Shown here: positions 59,979-64,000 of the stretch, piece by piece
Layout: the number at the start of each line of letters is the position of its first letter
How positions within the stretch are numbered: the stretch's first letter is position 1
Assembly (NCBI GenBank): GCA_958296445.1
Contig: OY282565.1
Span: forward strand, 721,936-785,935
DNA length: 64,000 nt
Direction: 5' to 3'
From: an uncultured Dehalococcoidia bacterium
GTDB lineage: Bacteria > Chloroflexota > Dehalococcoidia > Lucifugimonadales > UBA3495
The notes under the pieces: generated by a model
Databases searched by the model: none
Told to the model about the DNA's origin: nothing
The model's input: only the letters and a program-made list of their open reading frames with translations
Translations under genes and position numbers: made by a program

Positions 59979-61934
59979 CTATTGCGTTGGTTTTCCATCA
60001 CTGTCGTCGTGGGTGAACATCATCCAGTCGTCGTCTCTGGATAAATGGAGGAGCCGCACGATATTTTCCTTTCTTAGAAGTTCTATGTATCTTGATGGGA
60101 TTCGGGCTTTTCTCAGTTCTTTGCAGAGTGTGTCGAATCCCCATAGTGGGACATCTCTACGCTGGGGAATTCCTAATTCTTCGGCGTCGCTGAGACTGAT
60201 GTAGATTCCCCGCACCGTTGTCGGGCACTCTGGCAGTCCGAGGAGTGTGGTGATATCTTTAGGTTCCTCTTGTAACCGAGTCACTAATTCGCAGAATCGT
60301 TCGTATGATTCTTTCAATCCTTGATCTTGCGTTGAGCGCCCCTTGACTTCGGCTACCAAGATTTGGTTTTCACCCTCCCGGTGTTGCCCTCCTACCGCGT
60401 CAATCTCTCGTTTCGGGTTGTTCACTATCATGCTGTTGCGGACTGTGCTGTAGCCTTGTGCAGTTAAGTACAGGGTCGCGATTGTTTCCGAAAAAGCCGC
60501 TCGCAGGGCCGCGTTAGTTTCAACGTCTCTTTTATGAGCCGCTCGTAGTTCGTTCCAGCCATGAGGCGACAGAAGTTGTATTAGTTCGTCATCGTCGAGT
60601 GGACCGACGTCCGTGACTTTGACGTATTGTTCATACCTGCCTAGCAGGCGTTCTAGGCGCACTTCTGAGCCTATGATTTCCGGATCTGAAACCCCTGTGC
60701 CGGCCACTCCGTAGAAGCACCACCAAGTGGTTTGGTCCGAGATTATCCCTATCAATGGCATTTCCAATGCGATTGTAATTTTGGTATATGGATTGTCTTC
60801 TCGCATACTGCGTATCCATAGTACGTTGGCGTGGCTGTTTGGGAGCAACTTGGAGCATATGCCGTGCAAGATGGTCTCTACCAGCGGGTAGCTGAGTTCG
60901 TTGGCGGCTGCTACCAATCGGCGGTTTCTGCCTAGTATGATGCCCAGCCGCCTGTGCTGTGAATACACTGGCTCGGGTGGAGTCGTTAATTCCGGTGTTG
61001 ATATTTTGATTATCCTGTTCGGTGTAATTAGTTGGTTCTCCGCGTGTTCGTAGTACCTGAGGAATCCGTTCAGCTTTGCCTTTATGGACTGCATCAGTGT
61101 CCATATATCTCTGGTTAGCGAGTACGGGAACGTTTCGCCAATGCTTCCTTTCTGCAGGTCTGCGGTAGCGAAGGCTAGTGCCGCTATTGTTCCCAATGGC
61201 TGTGACGGATGTTCTTGGCGTGGTTTTGGGAGCCACAGTCTGTAGTCTTCGTCCAGTGGTGTGAGTATATTTGTCACGGATTCTTCGTCCCGGTATATAT
61301 CTATGGGGCGTCTGCTGCCTCCAGGGTTTATGAACTCGACCGCGTTGCTTATCGCGCGGCCGTCCCACAGTGGCCCGGCCAGCCAGTCTGCGGCCCGTTG
61401 TTTGATGATGTCAGACGTGCTGGCGGCTGCACTGACATCAGTTTGTTTGCTCGTTACTTGGTACTCAGGAAGTGTTTCTAGAACAGTTTGGGTGAACCCT
61501 TGTATATCTCGCATCACTTTCGTGAGATTTCCCCAACGATTTCCTGCCCTGCGGCAACCTGCCATGAGGCCATTTATTGTCGCTAATATGTTCGCTAGGT
61601 CTTGGTCCGACGACTCGGTGGCCACAGGGATGGCTTGCGAGCCGCCTTCTCTGGTAAAGAACCACTTTTGTAGATTTTCGTCGGCCTCGTACCCAAAAGC
61701 TGTTGGTTCTCCTATTAGCGGTTCCATCAGGCTATTCAGGCTTGCCTGTAGTGCTTCGCTGTACCCGAAGACGAAACCGTAGTTATCCGCAAATTTCCGG
61801 AAGGAAGGACATTGGTCTTCTAACTGGGCCAGTTCATCCTCTACGGTGCTCGCCGTAATTGCTTGGGTTATCCTCAGCATCGCGTGTAGATTCGTGTGGG
61901 CTTCAGCATTCCATCTTGTAGCTTTTTCAACCAT
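59979..61934 (-). CDS. large hypothetical protein with C-terminal PD-(D/E)xK (restriction-endonuclease-like) motif
   Basis: 651 aa. GAGGAA upstream. The C-terminal region reads ETIATLYLTAQGY...KREIDAVGGQHREGENQILVAEVKGR (E...D...ExK). The N-terminal ~470 aa are unrecognised. Confidence 0.65.
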   Translation of the reverse strand: MVEKATRWNAEAHTNLHAMLRITQAITASTVEDELAQLEDQCPSFRKFADNYGFVFGYSEALQASLNSLMEPLIGEPTAFGYEADENLQKWFFTREGGSQAIPVATESSDQDLANILATINGLMAGCRRAGNRWGNLTKVMRDIQGFTQTVLETLPEYQVTSKQTDVSAAASTSDIIKQRAADWLAGPLWDGRAISNAVEFINPGGSRRPIDIYRDEESVTNILTPLDEDYRLWLPKPRQEHPSQPLGTIAALAFATADLQKGSIGETFPYSLTRDIWTLMQSIKAKLNGFLRYYEHAENQLITPNRIIKISTPELTTPPEPVYSQHRRLGIILGRNRRLVAAANELSYPLVETILHGICSKLLPNSHANVLWIRSMREDNPYTKITIALEMPLIGIISDQTTWWCFYGVAGTGVSDPEIIGSEVRLERLLGRYEQYVKVTDVGPLDDDELIQLLSPHGWNELRAAHKRDVETNAALRAAFSETIATLYLTAQGYSTVRNSMIVNNPKREIDAVGGQHREGENQILVAEVKGRSTQDQGLKESYERFCELVTRLQEEPKDITTLLGLPECPTTVRGIYISLSDAEELGIPQRRDVPLWGFDTLCKELRKARIPSRYIELLRKENIVRLLHLSRDDDWMMFTHDDSDGKPTQ

Positions 61935-62102
61935 AATTCCTCGGTAAATCTATGTAAAAAGTAGGATGCGCCCTGACGGCGGGTTGATTGCTTTACGAAG
62001 TTCGCAGGAGCTTGCCTGATTAAGATGGATCAACTCTTGACCTAATCCGTTATGTTTGGATGGCAATCTAGTGTTGCACTGATCAGGGAGATGATTGCTC
62101 TG

Positions 62103-62351
62103 TTAATCGGTGGCGGCTAGGCTGTCTTTGGTCAATAGCAGGTTCATTATGGCATCGCCGGTCTGTATTGCGCTATGGGGTGGTGTCATCGGAATTTCTG
62201 TGACGTGCGCTTTTGGGTCAGGCGGCGACAATGCCCGTTGTGGAATATGTGGTTGCCTCGGAATTGCGACTTTCACTTGCATGATGCCGTTGGCTACCAG
62301 CCAGTAGGCCAGCTCTAGATTGCTGCGGGCGGCAATGTGGTGGATTTTCAT
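62103..62351 (-). CDS. hypothetical 82-aa protein
   Basis: GAGGTAAAGG upstream of ATG 62351. The ORF-track version (from 62387) overlaps the upstream gene by 11 nt. MKIHHIAARSNLELAYWLVANGIMQVKV... Confidence 0.45.
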   Translation of the reverse strand: MKIHHIAARSNLELAYWLVANGIMQVKVAIPRQPHIPQRALSPPDPKAHVTEIPMTPPHSAIQTGDAIMNLLLTKDSLAATD

Positions 62352-62376
62352 AATTGTACCTTTACCTCTCATTGAG

Positions 62377-63978
62377 TTAGATTCCACAAAGCCCTTCGCA
62401 TTCTTCTTGCATACTGTCGACTTCCGTTCCTTGGGTGTTGAATTTGACTTCGTTCAGTGGGAGCCGCGATTTGTGCAGGTACGCGGTTCCTGTGAGTGCC
62501 CCCCGGCTCTGCGGCACGTTCTGCATAGCCCATTCGATATTGACCGCGTCCTGGAATGAGATCGGGTCGTTCTCTTTCATGCTGGCCCACATCCGGTCTG
62601 TATGGTAGGGACAACCGATACAGGCACTTTTGGGCAGATCCCGGCCGGGGTAGCGCTCTTGGAACCATTGGTACAGTTGTGCCCTCGATATGTCTCTTTC
62701 CAGTAGGGGGTAGACTAGGGTTATCCAGGCCTGTTTACTGGGTTTCACCCGTGCAGCTTCGTCGATACTCAGGCCCAGCCACATATCTACCTGCTGGTCC
62801 TTCGGTGTCAGCTGGCCATTTTTCAGGCCCAGGTGCTGTCTGAGGTACTGGTGGATCGGTTTTAGCTTGTACTGCTTAGTGCACTGCCGTGTTCCGACGT
62901 AGTGTTTTCCGTCGTCCTTCACCACGAATACCGGTATGTCTATGAATTTCCGTCCCTCAGGATTAATTCCTCGCAGGATGTCTTCCCTGATATTGCCATT
63001 ACTTACCCGAATCACAGGGTAGCTTAGTTGCTGTTCCAGCCAATCTAGGTGGTCGTAAACTGCCTTGGGTTCCCACCCGGTGTCGGCGAATATGGCAAAA
63101 TCCGGTTTGGGGAAGCCCTCGTACTCCTGTTCAGCCATGAGAGCCATGACTGTTGACTGGACGCCTGCGCCTAGGCTGAGTACCTGTAGGTTATGCCTTC
63201 CCCGCAGTTTAGTCCGGTCGGATACATATTTTGTCTGGCGCATAAGCCGGTCGGCGGATTTCATGGTGATTTCTTGTATCTCTTTCCGGCTTAGAGAATC
63301 GAGCAACCGTGCGCCTGCGGCCCGGTTCAGGTCTCTTGCCATTTCTCTCGATCCTTCCCTGCTGATTCCCTCTGCGCCGGTCATTAGCTCCCGTAGGTAC
63401 TCTGCCAGCACGTTGGGGGAGCGCATTACGTAGTATCCGGTGCAGTTGTGGTAGTCTTCCGGGTTATGAGAGAAATGATCCAGCACCTGCTTAGCGGTGA
63501 ATGATTTTCCGCTGTCTGCGGCTCTTTGGGCGATTTCTGCGACCCACAGCGTTCTTCCTGCCACGCTGGCGTCGGTGATGCCCCGTCCGCTCTCCGGCAG
63601 GTAGTGGAGCAGGGTGTGGCTGGTTGGATTGGCGGCGTTTGGCAAGGGCCATCGGGAGATGCCGAACTCCAGCAGGTGAAAGCAGCTTAGCCAGGCTAGC
63701 AGCATGGGGTCGGCCATGTGTGCCGGAGTGATGTCCGGTATATTCTCGCGGAACTTGAGGGCGTGCTGGTCGGCCCGGGCTTTGGATGTCCGGTTGTACT
63801 GTGTTGCCGGGGGCATACTGATCTCGCCTTGAGCGAACAGGCCGGTGGGTTCGGCGTAATTGGGGATGTTGAGAGACTCTAGGAGTTTCCCGAAGTCGGT
63901 CTGTGGGTTTTGCCAGACCTCGGGGGTCTGTCGTGCCACCGACCGCAGGGCGTCCATTGCCTCGGTTGTAAGCCTCAT
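62377..63978 (-). CDS. fusion protein: unknown ~260-aa N-terminal domain + PAPS-reductase-like (PP-loop ATP pyrophosphatase) domain
   Basis: NLQVLSLGAGVQSTVMALMA is a PP-loop variant. DFAIFADTGWEP; C-terminal Cys cluster SACIGCPYH ... EECEGLCGI. The start lies 22 nt from the window end. Confidence 0.75.
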   Translation of the reverse strand: MRLTTEAMDALRSVARQTPEVWQNPQTDFGKLLESLNIPNYAEPTGLFAQGEISMPPATQYNRTSKARADQHALKFRENIPDITPAHMADPMLLAWLSCFHLLEFGISRWPLPNAANPTSHTLLHYLPESGRGITDASVAGRTLWVAEIAQRAADSGKSFTAKQVLDHFSHNPEDYHNCTGYYVMRSPNVLAEYLRELMTGAEGISREGSREMARDLNRAAGARLLDSLSRKEIQEITMKSADRLMRQTKYVSDRTKLRGRHNLQVLSLGAGVQSTVMALMAEQEYEGFPKPDFAIFADTGWEPKAVYDHLDWLEQQLSYPVIRVSNGNIREDILRGINPEGRKFIDIPVFVVKDDGKHYVGTRQCTKQYKLKPIHQYLRQHLGLKNGQLTPKDQQVDMWLGLSIDEAARVKPSKQAWITLVYPLLERDISRAQLYQWFQERYPGRDLPKSACIGCPYHTDRMWASMKENDPISFQDAVNIEWAMQNVPQSRGALTGTAYLHKSRLPLNEVKFNTQGTEVDSMQEECEGLCGI

Positions 63979-64000
63979 TACGGATATAGGGTTCGGCAGC

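Noticed and set aside
1-64000. Search for tRNA, rRNA, tmRNA or RNase P genes, CRISPR arrays, reverse transcriptases (retron/DGR) and intact transposases.
   Set aside because: Visual scanning of intergenic regions and ORF translations showed none. Small RNA genes could have been missed without covariance-model tools.

Overview
This is a high-GC bacterial chromosomal segment. The gene content and repeat style suggest a Chloroflexota-like organism; that is inference only, since no rRNA or tRNA gene was found.

Core housekeeping genes are confidently recognisable: thiE, polA, folB, rpmB, rpe, argH, uvrC, a xerC/D-type recombinase, queG, a dut-like gene, groEL, folK, folP, an acyl-CoA carboxyltransferase, rarA, a ybaK-like gene and a threonine aldolase.

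Between them lies an unusually dense accessory layer:
- **Tandem amplified small modules.** There are 2x FmdB zinc ribbons, 2x plus 3x Uma2/DUF820 nucleases with fragments, 2x retropepsin-like proteases, 3x hicBA, and 5x PaREP1/HEPN-like genes at an exact 514-bp phase.
- **Toxin-antitoxin cassettes.** A vapBC pair, a decayed antitoxin/PIN pair, a HEPN-like pair and an orphan RHH gene.
- **Visibly lower-GC insertions encoding nuclease-like proteins.** A PLD nuclease with a wHTH-like tail, a NucS/DUF91-like protein and a small PD-(D/E)xK-like protein.
- **A solitary DNA methyltransferase.**
- **Two intergenic repeat families.** One is a MITE-like element with 15-bp terminal inverted repeats. The other is a composite hairpin repeat built on GAGCAAAGCGAAG.

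The last ~9 kb (about 54.7-64 kb) is a lower-GC island transcribed entirely on the minus strand. It carries an integrase fragment, a primase-domain fragment, a run of tightly coupled micro-ORFs for small hydrophobic peptides, a LexA DNA-binding-domain-only protein and a beta-clamp homolog lacking domain III. At the window edge it carries a three-gene module: an unknown domain fused to a PAPS-reductase-like domain, an 82-aa protein, and a 651-aa protein with a C-terminal PD-(D/E)xK motif.

I rate that three-gene module and the 5x PaREP1/HEPN-like array as the best candidates for an undescribed system. All functional calls rest on motif recognition by eye. No database search, folding or statistics could be run.
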